Origin: an uncultured Candidatus Poseidoniales archaeon | GTDB lineage: Archaea > Thermoplasmatota > Poseidoniia > Poseidoniales > CAYMED01 | Direction: 5' to 3' | Assembly: GCA_964389655.1 (NCBI GenBank) | Contig: CAYMED010000002.1 | Location: 72,430-136,429 of the forward strand | DNA: 64,000 bases | Shown: positions 1-11,200 of the stretch, one piece after another | Layout: every line of letters starts with the position of its first letter | Position numbering within the stretch: the first letter of the stretch is position 1 | Position numbers and translations under genes: made by a program | The notes under the pieces: model-generated | The model's database searches: none | Told to the model about the DNA's origin: nothing | Seen by the model: the letters and a program-made list of their open reading frames with translations, nothing else

Positions 1-2544
1 ATCGGTGTCATTCCACTGGGTTGGATCGTCGAAAAATGCATCTGCGCCATTATCTATCGTCCAATCTGCTGTTGGATTAGATGCCCCGTCCCCGTCCTGG
101 TCTGGACATCCAAAGCGATCAATATACGATGTGCCATGCTCATTCACGCAGCCATCCGGCTCAAACCCATCTGCCTCATCTCCAAAGCCATCTCCATCCC
201 TATCTTCCCATTGTGTGGGTTCAGATGGAAATGCGTCTATTTTGTTTGCACCAATTGATTGATTATCACCCCATCCATCCCCATCGAGGTCTGACCACTG
301 AGTTGGTTCATTTGGTAGTGCATCAGATTGCGACGCTCCTTTTGTTTGATTATCACCCCACCCATCTCCGTCACTATCTGAGTGTTGGGTTGGGTTCATC
401 GGAAATGCATCACCGAATGGATGATCCGACCACCCATCGAGATCAGTATCTGGGCAACCATATCCATCTAGTGCAATTCCTCCGGCTTCAAATGGGCATC
501 CATCAGGTTGGTGGGCCCCAATATGGAATTGACCAATGACGGGAGTTTCTGATTCCCGCATGTCCGTCCAAGACGAATCAGCCCAATTATCTCCATATCC
601 ATCCTCATCCATATCAGCCCATTGTGTCTTTTCGTTTGGAAACGCATCGCCCCCATCATCCTTTGTCCACCCGCTATCAGTATTGGAATATCCATCCTCA
701 TCTGAGTCAAGACAACCTAGTCGGTCGGCCGAAGAAGTTCCCGCAATTGTCGGGCACGCGTCCCCATTATGTCCACCCGATTCATCGCCCCATCCATCCC
801 CATCTGAGTCGGCCCATTGGGTGCCGTCCCCTGGAAATTCATCATTTGTATCAGCCCATCCGTCGCCATCTGAATCTACACATCCTAGAACATTACCTTT
901 TGAGGAGGTTCCCGCAATTGTTGGACAGCTGTCAACATTATCCCCAAACCCATCCCCATCAGAATCAGCAACCATGCGCCAAATAAATCCGTCAGACCCT
1001 CCGTTGTTTGTAAGAGTAAGATCACCAATTGTTGTTGGTGATGTTCCATTTCCGCCAAATAATCCCACAGCATAAATAGTTCCAGAAGAATCAATTGTGA
1101 TATCGACCCCTTGATCATCATTGGTGCTTCCAGTTGCAATAACTTCTGTCCACGCACCCGTGGTATCAAATGATAGAATTAGGATGTCAGATCCGCCTTG
1201 AGGTGAAATTGTTTTTGTTCCAGAACCTGAAATTGGGATCGATATGGACGTACTATCAAAAGAGGCGGCAAACCACACATCACCTGACGATTCTGCCTCA
1301 ATACCATATCCGTATTCATCCCCTCCTCCCCCCAAACTCATAATCCAAGATGGATTTCCTGAAGTGGCAGTTATGGAAGCAACAAACAAGTCACTTCCTC
1401 CAGCATTTGATGCACTTTTTGATCCCAAATTTATTGACCCTCCATCATAGGAACCAGATGCAAATACATTACCGGACGAATCAACTTCTAATCCTTCAAT
1501 AGATTCATCCCCTGTCCCTGATATTTGGGATGTCCAACTAACCACTTGGTTGGATGGATTAATACGGACAAGAAGGGAGTCTTGTCCCCCAGTACTTGTA
1601 TGTGATTTACCCCATATGTTGGCAGTTTCTTCAAAAAGAATTGAAATAACAGTTTCCTGCGAACCTATTTCTTCCATTTCAACACCCAAATCACCTCCCG
1701 CACCCCCTGCTGTTGAGATCCAAGTCCATGATCCAGATGTGGTAAGGCCCCCAAAAAACACATCAAGTGTTGTTTGTCCCGTAGCATCCGTATTCGATGT
1801 AATGGATTTTGATCCCACAGTCATGGTTTCAGCATACGTTCCTAGAACGACTACCTCGTTACCGATTAATTCCACATCAAATAATGCGCCAGCACCACCA
1901 TTTCCGAAGGATGAAGTATCATATGGAATACTTTCTGCCCACGACCAAACACCGTTTGAATTAATTTTGGCAACCCACCCATTCAAGATCCAATCAGAGT
2001 GTCCTTGAATTGTTGTTGAACCAAATGTAGTGGATGGTGAGGTGTAGGTGGTGATGTCTTGACTATATCCAGCAACATATGCATTACCCTGTGCATCGAC
2101 TGTAATTCCGAATGCGCGGTCATTGGTTGAACCTCCTGCTTTTGCGGCCCACACCCATTGCCCAGTCGCAGTCATCCTAGCAATGAATACATCATAATCT
2201 CCAGAACTTGAAAGGGTGGTGGAGCCAAAAGATGCAGTGTCACTGAATAACCCTATGAGCCAAATATCCCCATTAGGGCCAGTAACTGATTTTAGGATCA
2301 AATCTTCACCAGAACCTCCCATTCCTTCTGCCCAACTCGCCGCAGTTCCACTGGCGCGTGCGCTAACTTGGCTAAATACGAGATCTCTCCTCTCTAAATC
2401 AATCGATTCAAAGTCTTGGATTGCATCTTTAATCACAGCATCCGGTCCCGTAATAGCTGTTTCAGCGGCAGCAAGGATTGAAAGAGAAAGAAATCCTATG
2501 ATTACCGCGAAAGAACGGCGCGCTGCGTAGCATCTAGTGGACAT
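1..2544 (-). CDS. Large secreted protein with SBBP-like beta-propeller repeats followed by thrombospondin type-3-like (DxDxDG) Ca-binding repeats; runs off the window (3' partial)
   Basis: Absent from the ORF track, consistent with no stop in the window. Manual translation from ATG 2544 gives a signal peptide (RRSFAVIIGFLSLSILAAA), DVFIARMTATGQWVWAAKAGGSTNDRAFGITVDAQGNAYVAG propeller blades, then repeated DSDGDG/DAFP motifs. Confidence 0.85.
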   Translation of the reverse strand, partial: MSTRCYAARRSFAVIIGFLSLSILAAAETAITGPDAVIKDAIQDFESIDLERRDLVFSQVSARASGTAASWAEGMGGSGEDLILKSVTGPNGDIWLIGLFSDTASFGSTTLSSSGDYDVFIARMTATGQWVWAAKAGGSTNDRAFGITVDAQGNAYVAGYSQDITTYTSPSTTFGSTTIQGHSDWILNGWVAKINSNGVWSWAESIPYDTSSFGNGGAGALFDVELIGNEVVVLGTYAETMTVGSKSITSNTDATGQTTLDVFFGGLTTSGSWTWISTAGGAGGDLGVEMEEIGSQETVISILFEETANIWGKSHTSTGGQDSLLVRINPSNQVVSWTSQISGTGDESIEGLEVDSSGNVFASGSYDGGSINLGSKSASNAGGSDLFVASITATSGNPSWIMSLGGGGDEYGYGIEAESSGDVWFAASFDSTSISIPISGSGTKTISPQGGSDILILSFDTTGAWTEVIATGSTNDDQGVDITIDSSGTIYAVGLFGGNGTSPTTIGDLTLTNNGGSDGFIWRMVADSDGDGFGDNVDSCPTIAGTSSKGNVLGCVDSDGDGWADTNDEFPGDGTQWADSDGDGWGDESGGHNGDACPTIAGTSSADRLGCLDSDEDGYSNTDSGWTKDDGGDAFPNEKTQWADMDEDGYGDNWADSSWTDMRESETPVIGQFHIGAHQPDGCPFEAGGIALDGYGCPDTDLDGWSDHPFGDAFPMNPTQHSDSDGDGWGDNQTKGASQSDALPNEPTQWSDLDGDGWGDNQSIGANKIDAFPSEPTQWEDRDGDGFGDEADGFEPDGCVNEHGTSYIDRFGCPDQDGDGASNPTADWTIDNGADAFFDDPTQWNDTD

Positions 2545-2604
2545 AGCCAAGCCCCTGATCATTAAGCAACTGCCCCACTCCCCATTATGACTTTTGATTG
2601 CAAG

Positions 2605-4137
2605 TCACATTCGTTCTAGGTTTATGTTCCCGCTTAACTTTCGCTGGCTTTTCCGATATTTTGGCGTTAGCCATGTATCATACAATGATTCAATGGCCAA
2701 ATTTACTGTGGCTTCAGCAAAAGATGGGTGTACGGACATGCTGTCAAGTAGTTGTTGTAATGTGGCCCCTGTTCGTGTTGCTAGAGCAAACATTTGTATC
2801 AAATCAGCAGCATTTGGTGCAATCAAATCAGCACCAACCACCACATCTTTTACACAAATTACTTTGACAAATCCCGTGGGTTGATCATCAATGATTGCAC
2901 GATCGATATTTCCCGAATCCCATTTGTATACGTTAACCTTCTTTCCGAACAATCGTCTTGCATCTGATTCAGTATATCCACAATGTGCTATTTCAGGATC
3001 AATCATAGTTGCCCATGTTACTCGATCAGGCTCAAATCGAAATCTTGCTTTGCTGCGTGATGCGCCAGTAAAGGCATGTTCGGCAGCAACCCGTGCCTGC
3101 CAAGCTGCTAGATGTGTAAAGGGATGCGTCCCAAGAACTTCACCTGCAGCATATACATCTGGGTTTGATGTTTTCATCACGTCGTCGACTGCTATGTGGC
3201 CTGATCTCTGGTCGAAATTGATTTCCCCAGCTTCAAGGCCAAGATCTTCAGGCGTTGGTATTCTCCCTATTGCAATCAGTAAATGAGACCCATTTCGTTC
3301 TGTACCGTCTGGGAGAGTGACCGTAACATCCCCTTGTGCTCGACCTGCCCCTGAGCCTCCCGCAACCTCTAATTTTCTTGTACGTCCAGCAAGGACTTCC
3401 ACACCCTCTGATTGAAGGATGTTTTTGCATAGATCTCCCACTTCAGGGTCATCTCGAGGCAAGACTTGTCCACTTTGCCCACAAATAATTGATACTGCAG
3501 AACCAAACCGGCGCCAAATTTGTGCCCATTCAACGGCCTCTCTTCCAGCACCTATGATTATCATATATTCTGGCAATTCTGTAATGTTCCAAATAGTGTG
3601 GAGCGTAAGGGGCGCTGCTTTTCGATATTCTTTTGGAGTTTCAATTGACGAACCCGTAGCAATCATTGCTTTCTTGAAACCCACTGGTAAGCCATTAACC
3701 ACCATTTCGCTTGTGCTAATGAATTTCGCTTCAGAACCGAGTAGCACTTCAATACCCCTGTCTGCGAGATATCTTTGGGAAAACCGTTCCATTACCAAAT
3801 CCCTAACTTTTCCCGTATGGTGGTAAGCCTTCCGGAGGGACATTTCAGGGAATGGCTCTATCCGCGACAATCCAAACCGCCCCTGGGAGTATGCCTTTGA
3901 TCGCGCTCGAGCAGTTGAGAGAAGGGTGGAACGAGGCAATGTTCCCCGATGCATTGAATTCCCTCCCAATTCCTCATTCTTCTCAACAATGAGTGTTTTC
4001 GCACCTAATTGTGCTGCCAATAATGCTCCTGCAACCCCTGCAGCACCACCGCCAATAACAACGAAATCATAATCCCCTCCTGCAAAATCAGAAGGAGGAA
4101 CATCTGCGTGGATAGGGGGCCATTCCTCGTCATCCAT
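2605..4137 (-). CDS. Pyridine nucleotide-disulfide oxidoreductase family flavoprotein (LpdA/MerA/SthA-like) lacking the redox-active Cys pair
   Basis: GGGAAG FAD motif, ATGS, second Rossmann GAG, TSNPDVYAAGE, and dimerisation domain ending HPSFAE. The CxxxxC position reads GGNSMHRGTLP. Start placed at ATG 4137; the track uses TTG 4149. Confidence 0.85.
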   Translation of the reverse strand: MDDEEWPPIHADVPPSDFAGGDYDFVVIGGGAAGVAGALLAAQLGAKTLIVEKNEELGGNSMHRGTLPRSTLLSTARARSKAYSQGRFGLSRIEPFPEMSLRKAYHHTGKVRDLVMERFSQRYLADRGIEVLLGSEAKFISTSEMVVNGLPVGFKKAMIATGSSIETPKEYRKAAPLTLHTIWNITELPEYMIIIGAGREAVEWAQIWRRFGSAVSIICGQSGQVLPRDDPEVGDLCKNILQSEGVEVLAGRTRKLEVAGGSGAGRAQGDVTVTLPDGTERNGSHLLIAIGRIPTPEDLGLEAGEINFDQRSGHIAVDDVMKTSNPDVYAAGEVLGTHPFTHLAAWQARVAAEHAFTGASRSKARFRFEPDRVTWATMIDPEIAHCGYTESDARRLFGKKVNVYKWDSGNIDRAIIDDQPTGFVKVICVKDVVVGADLIAPNAADLIQMFALATRTGATLQQLLDSMSVHPSFAEATVNLAIESLYDTWLTPKYRKSQRKLSGNINLERM

Positions 4138-4311
4138 ACTTGACACCAATGGGCGAATAGGCCGCTTTATTTACAAAGTAATGCATATATCTTCTCTTTT
4201 TTGTTTGATCTCCCGCCCACCCACATTTTTCGACTTATCATATTTCCATCTGTGGTTAGCATATTTTTCCTAGGGAGCAGATTTCATGCCCCCCCCCCCT
4301 CTCCCAACACC

Positions 4312-4563
4312 ATGCCCCGCCTAAGTGACTTGCGCGGCCGTGCAGTTATTCTCCCCGATGGACGGAAACTTGGAACCGTTCATGATGCGGTTATTACTCG
4401 TGACGATTTGGAATGCACCCATCTTTTTGTCTCAGATGTGGATGAAAATTTAGTTGAGGGCGCAGTCCCTCTTGCGATTCCTTGGCGATGGGTTCGTGGC
4501 GTCGCCGAAGTGGTGGTTTTGCGGTGGTTTCCAGAAACACCAATCCCCTTTGAAAGACAATGA
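4312..4563 (+). CDS. PRC-barrel domain protein
   Basis: RLSDLRGRAVILPDGRKLGTVHDAVI ... IPWRWVRGVAEVVVL is the PRC-barrel pattern. Confidence 0.8.
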   Translation: MPRLSDLRGRAVILPDGRKLGTVHDAVITRDDLECTHLFVSDVDENLVEGAVPLAIPWRWVRGVAEVVVLRWFPETPIPFERQ

Positions 4564-4572
4564 GGGCACTAC

Positions 4573-5664
4573 ATGGCAATACATTTGCACATGTTGGGAA
4601 CGGCCTCAGCACGACCAGCACATGGGCGCGACGTTAGTGGGTCAATCCTTCGAGGAGATGGATGGATAATTGGTATTGACCCAGGCGAAGGCTTTCAGCA
4701 GCGTATTAGAAAGCACGATATGCTGCTAAAGAAATTTCAACCTAGGTGGCGCATCCGTTCCAACCGTATTGATCTAGTTCTTATCACACATGGTCACCTT
4801 GATCATACATGGGGCCTGTTACCTTGGCTTCATTCTCAGTCATTAGATGGCAGAAAGAAACCATTACGCATTATTGCTCCAACTTCCTCTGCAGGTAAGT
4901 TGTCATCAAATAATGGTACTTCACTCAATAACTTGTCTTTGTCAGGCCAAGACATGGCAGTTCAATTTGCAGCAATTCACCGCATAGGTGGGGCAGCATA
5001 TTCATTTGATATAAAATGGGATTTAATTGATATTGAAAAGGAAATCAGTCAGGTAGTTGAAGTTGACATTAATGGCCTAGATGTCCGTGCTTTGAGGACT
5101 CATCATCGAATTCCATCGTGCGGGTGGAAAATCTCTGAAACAGACCATGTTGGCTCATTCGACCGTGCAGCTGCAGAAGCAGACGGATTAGATGAGATGA
5201 CAATCCGGGAATTGGCAAAAAATCCCTCTTTATCGCCAAATTATAGAGGGGGAATGCGACACGGAAGTCGCGTCATTATCAGCGGTGATACAACGGCACA
5301 AGCACCGGGATTTCGTATTTGTGAAGGTCCGGTTGATTTGCTCGTACACGAAGCAACTTACGATGAATCAAACCGGGAAAAAGCAGAAAAAAATTTACAT
5401 TCCACTGGTCTTGATGCCGCGAAAGCAGCTCAAAAAATAACAGCTAAACACCTTTTGATTACTCATTATAGCCAACGATACTCATCTCCAAACAAAATGT
5501 TGTTTGAAGCACGAACAATCCATCCTAGAACTGCCGCAGCCCATGATGGTTGTATCGTTGAAATAAGATCTGGAGAAACTCCCATTTACTATTGCATCGA
5601 TGCCGATGGAATTCACCGAATTGATACGGCATTTAGTGAAAACGACCTGCACGCAATGGACTAA
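4573..5664 (+). CDS. rnz: Ribonuclease Z (metallo-beta-lactamase fold)
   Basis: LGTASARP, DPGEG, THGHLDH (HxHxDH), SGDT, HEAT, HST and THYSQRY motifs. Confidence 0.9.
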   Translation: MAIHLHMLGTASARPAHGRDVSGSILRGDGWIIGIDPGEGFQQRIRKHDMLLKKFQPRWRIRSNRIDLVLITHGHLDHTWGLLPWLHSQSLDGRKKPLRIIAPTSSAGKLSSNNGTSLNNLSLSGQDMAVQFAAIHRIGGAAYSFDIKWDLIDIEKEISQVVEVDINGLDVRALRTHHRIPSCGWKISETDHVGSFDRAAAEADGLDEMTIRELAKNPSLSPNYRGGMRHGSRVIISGDTTAQAPGFRICEGPVDLLVHEATYDESNREKAEKNLHSTGLDAAKAAQKITAKHLLITHYSQRYSSPNKMLFEARTIHPRTAAAHDGCIVEIRSGETPIYYCIDADGIHRIDTAFSENDLHAMD

Positions 5665-5696
5665 TCTTCATGACTATGAAGAGGATGGGAGTTTAG

Positions 5697-8228
5697 ATGC
5701 ATCTCCAAAGGCGAGTGGTATTTGCCGCCTTTGTGCTCGTCATGACATTAGGAATTCCACCATCAGCCGCAGACGAAAACACACATGCAAGAGCAAATTT
5801 GGGACTTTGCTCTCTGCACACAACGTTCACCAACGTAGTTGTGGCGGATGGGTCTTGTGCAGTCTTTCAAACCGCACCTTTACCCCCCGGTGCAATATTA
5901 TCTATCCAATTAGATGTTCAAGCAACCCTGCCCTGGGATTTATTTGTGCTCGATCAAGTAACTTGGGACCAATATAATGGTAGTCAAGATTTTTCTTCCG
6001 TTCTTGTAGATGGTCCTTCATTGATCAACGTTCAACCCACCTCTTTGTCATTCAATTGGACAACCCCCACATCATGCACTGGCCAAAGCACTTGCATTTG
6101 GCACCTCATTCTTGACAACCGAAATGATGCTAAAGTTCCAGGTGCTCCCGGGGGGGCCCCTATTACTGCATCTTTATCCGTAATTGAACGTACAAATTCC
6201 CCAAATATTATTTATGATTCTGTGGGACATTATGGAGCCGATAAACCCCACCCCATTGTCACTCAAATTGGCCTTGATTCAGGGTCTACGATCCAAGTTG
6301 AAGCCAAGGCGCTGGTCGGCACAGCAGACATTTACCTCCTTACTGATGAAGAGATTTGCTCCCGCACAGCAGTCAATTATCCTGAAAAAAGCTGTTGGTG
6401 GATTTATCAAAACATCAATGATCAGGGAGACCTTTGGATACCGGGTGCAAGTGCCCCCGACCGAACATACCTATGGCGCCTGACCCCTCAATTATCATCA
6501 CTAACTTGGACTGTTGATTCAACGCATGATGGGATGTCCATACTTGTTGTTGTCAATACACAAGCGAGGGGCGATTCGGGCTTAGCCACAGCAGCATCAG
6601 GAACCCTATACATCCGCGTATCTATCAACCCGGTCATAAATGCAGAAGGTTTGGTGGGACCAAACGGTGCATCTTCTGAAGTGGGCGGTGTCATGACACT
6701 AGATTCAAGCACGACCCCTAATGCAAGTGCACAGATCATCGATCGTTGGTGGGACCTCGATATTAACTTTGAAAATGATGGTTTTGGGGGCCCAGCAAAT
6801 GATCGAGACTGTGATGCAAATTCCCCATCCACTACGTGGGAAGTCATAGGAAGCGGCGCATCCCTAATTGGGGAATGCCGGCGCGATGGCAATGAGATGT
6901 CTAATGAGGTACGATGGCTATCTCCCGGTTCACGAACGATTGCCTTGTGGGTCAAAGGAAGTGACGGGACATTAGATAGCCATACGATTCCAGTGACAAT
7001 TACAGATCAAACAGATCCAATTTTAATTGGGTCGATTAATGGTATCACCCAACCAAGTGTTGGCGACAGAAAGGAGTATTCGGCAACTGTTGATGATAAC
7101 CATCAGCCAGATGAATATCGCTGGCTTATCAATGGCAATATTCGAGCAAATGGAAGCCTAGGTGCTGCAAACATGGATGAATTTGGCCGTTGGTCGATAC
7201 CTCAATTTTCAGAAACATGGAATTCACGCGGTATCCACTCACTACGGCTTGAAGTCTCAGATCCATCGGGAAATTTACTTATTGAAGAACTCAAAATAAC
7301 TGTGATTGATACAACGATTCCTGAAATACGCAGTTTGGAAGCAAGCGCTACTAAAGTAGAAGTTGGCGCCACCATCACACTTGAAGCAAGTGCATCCGAA
7401 ATTGAAAGCCCATCAGGGGATATAGTGTATTGCTGGGACCTTAACACGGGCATTGATAGTAGCAACGATTCTGATCCAAGCAATGATTGTGATGTGATGG
7501 GCCAAACCGTCGAAGTATCTTGGTCAACACCAGGTTCTAGGGACGTTGTTCTGATCGCTAGAAATGTGGATGGATATTCTGCCTACGAAGTTCTTGCAAT
7601 TGAGATATTACCTCTCCCTGAATCTGACTTCCCTATATTTTCAGTTATTCTTCTTGTAAGCACTCTTGCAGCCGTAGGCGGCTGGCTTGGTTGGCGTAGG
7701 TATAATGATGTGAACACCCTCAAAGAGATGATGGCCCAACAAGTTGCAGAATCATCTGCACAACAAACCCAAGAGCTAGATTCAGCATCACAAGTCTCCA
7801 TGTTTGCACCCACTTCGAATGAGGGCGAAATGCGTCGTTTGGCGGGAATTGGCGGAGGCTCCTTTTCTCGCGATGCAGCAGAAGCAGAGATGGCCCGTTT
7901 AGCAGGAATGCCAGTATATTCCCATTCCATAGTTGAACCAGTTCAAAATCCGGTAGATATTGAAGATATCAAGGGAATCAAGGAAATGGATGAGCTGTCT
8001 TTCCTAGATGCAACTTCACCTAAGAACACCTCACCAACCCTTATCGATGATTTTGACCCATATGGGTCCCCCGATCAAATTGATCCACTTGCCGTTGAAG
8101 CATATTCATCCCACCGTGCTGAATGTGCAAATTGCTCGCGGACATTTGCACTTGATCTTCCCCCAAACACCAAAGAAGCAGTGGTTGAATGTCCCCATTG
8201 TAACACAAGACAACGGTTCAGACCATAA
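5697..8228 (+). CDS. Membrane-anchored PKD/Ig-like domain protein with cytoplasmic C-terminal Zn ribbon
   Basis: Signal peptide; PKD-like WDLD/WSTPG motifs; TM IFSVILLVSTLAAVGGWLGWRR; terminal CANC...CPHC. Confidence 0.75.
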   Translation: MHLQRRVVFAAFVLVMTLGIPPSAADENTHARANLGLCSLHTTFTNVVVADGSCAVFQTAPLPPGAILSIQLDVQATLPWDLFVLDQVTWDQYNGSQDFSSVLVDGPSLINVQPTSLSFNWTTPTSCTGQSTCIWHLILDNRNDAKVPGAPGGAPITASLSVIERTNSPNIIYDSVGHYGADKPHPIVTQIGLDSGSTIQVEAKALVGTADIYLLTDEEICSRTAVNYPEKSCWWIYQNINDQGDLWIPGASAPDRTYLWRLTPQLSSLTWTVDSTHDGMSILVVVNTQARGDSGLATAASGTLYIRVSINPVINAEGLVGPNGASSEVGGVMTLDSSTTPNASAQIIDRWWDLDINFENDGFGGPANDRDCDANSPSTTWEVIGSGASLIGECRRDGNEMSNEVRWLSPGSRTIALWVKGSDGTLDSHTIPVTITDQTDPILIGSINGITQPSVGDRKEYSATVDDNHQPDEYRWLINGNIRANGSLGAANMDEFGRWSIPQFSETWNSRGIHSLRLEVSDPSGNLLIEELKITVIDTTIPEIRSLEASATKVEVGATITLEASASEIESPSGDIVYCWDLNTGIDSSNDSDPSNDCDVMGQTVEVSWSTPGSRDVVLIARNVDGYSAYEVLAIEILPLPESDFPIFSVILLVSTLAAVGGWLGWRRYNDVNTLKEMMAQQVAESSAQQTQELDSASQVSMFAPTSNEGEMRRLAGIGGGSFSRDAAEAEMARLAGMPVYSHSIVEPVQNPVDIEDIKGIKEMDELSFLDATSPKNTSPTLIDDFDPYGSPDQIDPLAVEAYSSHRAECANCSRTFALDLPPNTKEAVVECPHCNTRQRFRP

Positions 8229-8275
8229 CATATCGAGCGAACCCATATCAGTACGGTCGTCGAGCACAGAACGTT

Positions 8276-11200
8276 ATGGGCGAAGAAGCGTCGCGGCGCG
8301 CTGTCCTTTTTTTCCTCATTCTAGCATGTTCAACATTAACTCCTGCAGTTACTTTGGTGGGGGGCCAAGACCTTTCAGTAGCAGTAGATGATTTTGGAAT
8401 TATCGCCTCATTGCATGATGTGCTTTCATCTAGAAAAACAGATTTTAATGATCCTATTCTTTCATCGTCAGCGAATGCAGCAATTGAAGATGTACGTTCA
8501 TCAATGCATGATGTCTCCCCGCAAGATTCGTTTAATTTGAACAATAATGTCCTTTCAGACGTAAACTTCACAACAACAAACCTCTCTCAAATTGATCATC
8601 CATACCCATACCGTCTTCTTTCAGAACCAGATGCCCGCCCGCCTTATTTACCAGCGTCTTTGATTGAAACATTGCTACCTACCGAATTAAATGAACTTGT
8701 GGTTTTTTCAGATTACACATCGCGTAATGGCGCAATAAACTGCCAAAATTATAGCTCAGAGGGCTTACTGAATTTTGATATTTTTCCTTTAGATCAATAC
8801 AACCCTACTGTCAATACAGTTGACATTGATTGCGACGGTATTGATGATGTAAATGTAGGGCTTGGGCTTGGGATTGCCAATTCACCAGGCCAAACCTGGG
8901 ACATCGATATTCTTGAAGCAAAGATGTGGGTGAAACCCGATATTCGAGTGACTATAGACCCCATTAATTCCAGCAGAAATGTCTGGTCGCAAATGGGACG
9001 GCTGGAAATTTCAGTGATGAAAGGTTTCACGTATAGCGACCAAACTTGGGTTTGGGTTATTGACACTCGCTTCACTCAAATTCCTGAAGATGCAGCAGTT
9101 ACTGTAGGCCTTGAACGAGTCGATTTCGATCTTAATCCAACTTCCATTCTTGGCATGCTCATACCTTCAACAACGGGCTTAAATGATGCCGATCTTACAA
9201 TTACTGGAATCCGTGCCCCATATGCGATTACAGTGGAGAATCCCGTGAGTACGAGTTGTGATGACCGCTGGTTAGCGGACCCAGATACACAAAGACACCT
9301 CCCTTCTCCCGAGATTGATTGTGGTATTGCTGCGGGATTGGGTTATGTGCATTATCGAATAGGCTCGGGAAATTCACATCCAATTGCTGAGATGGCATAT
9401 GTGGATGCATCATTCCACCCAGCCAAAGGAACCAATGAACTCGCTTCTGTGTATAATTTAACCATTAGAAACGATGATTATACGCTTGATACGACACCTA
9501 CTGACGGTTCTTGGGATTCAATAGAATATTACGCCAATCAAAAAGCAGACCTTTATCTCCATTATCACGAGGATCGGTCCGGTCTCACGCGCACAGATGG
9601 CAGTGGAGAGTTTGGCAATACCACTGAGGCACGGGGATGGCTGAGAGGTCTACCAGGGGACTCGTTTAATGAACAAGAAATCGATCGTCTTTTCCGACAG
9701 ATTGGGGCATCGCCAGATGGACCAACTCCTTTGCCAGGAAGCCTTCCAAAAAATCTTGGAATGTTCATTGGTGTCAAAAACTGGACTGCGGATCCGACCC
9801 GTCACGACAGCGATCCATCTCTACCAATTGATCCAGCCAACCCTCCAGATTCATTGATCATGATTGCAACAACGGAGTCTATTGAATCAATCAATTATTC
9901 ATCTTGGCTGTTGCGCTCAGGGGATGCATCAGACCATTTACGAGTAACTATATCGATAGAGGATTTACCAAAAGTCGTCATTGTCAGTGGCTCATTAGAA
10001 TTTGAAGATTCAGATGAGGATGATGTACTCGGCTTTGGTGACTCATTGAATATAGCACAATCGATGATTGATACTGTGGTTGTAACCGTTGTTGATGTCA
10101 TATTAAAAGTAGGTGAGGTCGTAAATAGCCTTCCTGCAATTGCCATTGATTTATCAGGTGATGCATCAGGTGGGGAATTACAAATTTTAACCATGGAGTC
10201 TCTTGCATCTAACCGCCCACCCGACCCAATAGGGTCTATCTCCTTGCAAATAGGCTCATCTCCCCATCCAACAATTGGTGATGAACATCTCCTCATTTCT
10301 CGTGATTTGGGACTTTTTGACAGTTTAATGGCACTCAATCGCACTCCAATTCTTTCTGTAGCAGCCAGTTTAAAGTTACGCGGCTTTCATTCAATGAATA
10401 ATCTCGTTGAATCAAATGGTGATCGCGCATTTAACTTGTCATTAAGCGGGAGTTCGAAAATGGTCGCAGGGCACATTCAGCACATGGGGAAGACCCTAAA
10501 TGGGTCTGTTCGTCAAGAAGTGATATTACAACCACTTCCCAGTGAAATTGGCCTCAAAATGATTGGTAATCAGACAATAATTGAATTAGAAGACGGTATT
10601 GACGCCGTTGCATATGCGTCTGTAGAAGGGGATGAACGCGTTTCAGTTCAATTACTTGGAGTTCCTTCGGGGATCAATTTAGATTTTTCAAATGGTACGG
10701 AATTATCTCTTTCGTCTCCCTTAACAACATTTGAGGTGATGGCAACGAATTTGAGCACCCCAAGAACATTTTCCGGTGACCATGTTCTCATTGAACGGAA
10801 TGGTTCGAAAGCGGGTTCTTCTGCTAGATTAAGTGGAATTGAATCTATAGCGTGGGTACCAGCTGAAATACCAGATGCTCCAGGCCCTTCAGGAAGAGAA
10901 CTCGCCTCTATTCATCTTGCGGGAAACCGTGCATTAAAAGCAGCAATCATCGATGACGGAACGTCACAATCGAGCCAGAAAGCAGAGGCATTTCTCCGAA
11001 TAAATCCACTACCGACACGCCTAGATGTGCGTATGCCTCGCTCATCAGAGGGTAGTTCAGTCACTACCCCTGACTTTGGAAATGGCGTGGGTTTAGTTGG
11101 AATATCAAATGGGCTGCTAGATTTAGCTAGGTTTGGGCGTTCAATAAATGATGTATTGGGTGAATTCACCCATTCAATTTCAACCACCACCACCGAAAGC

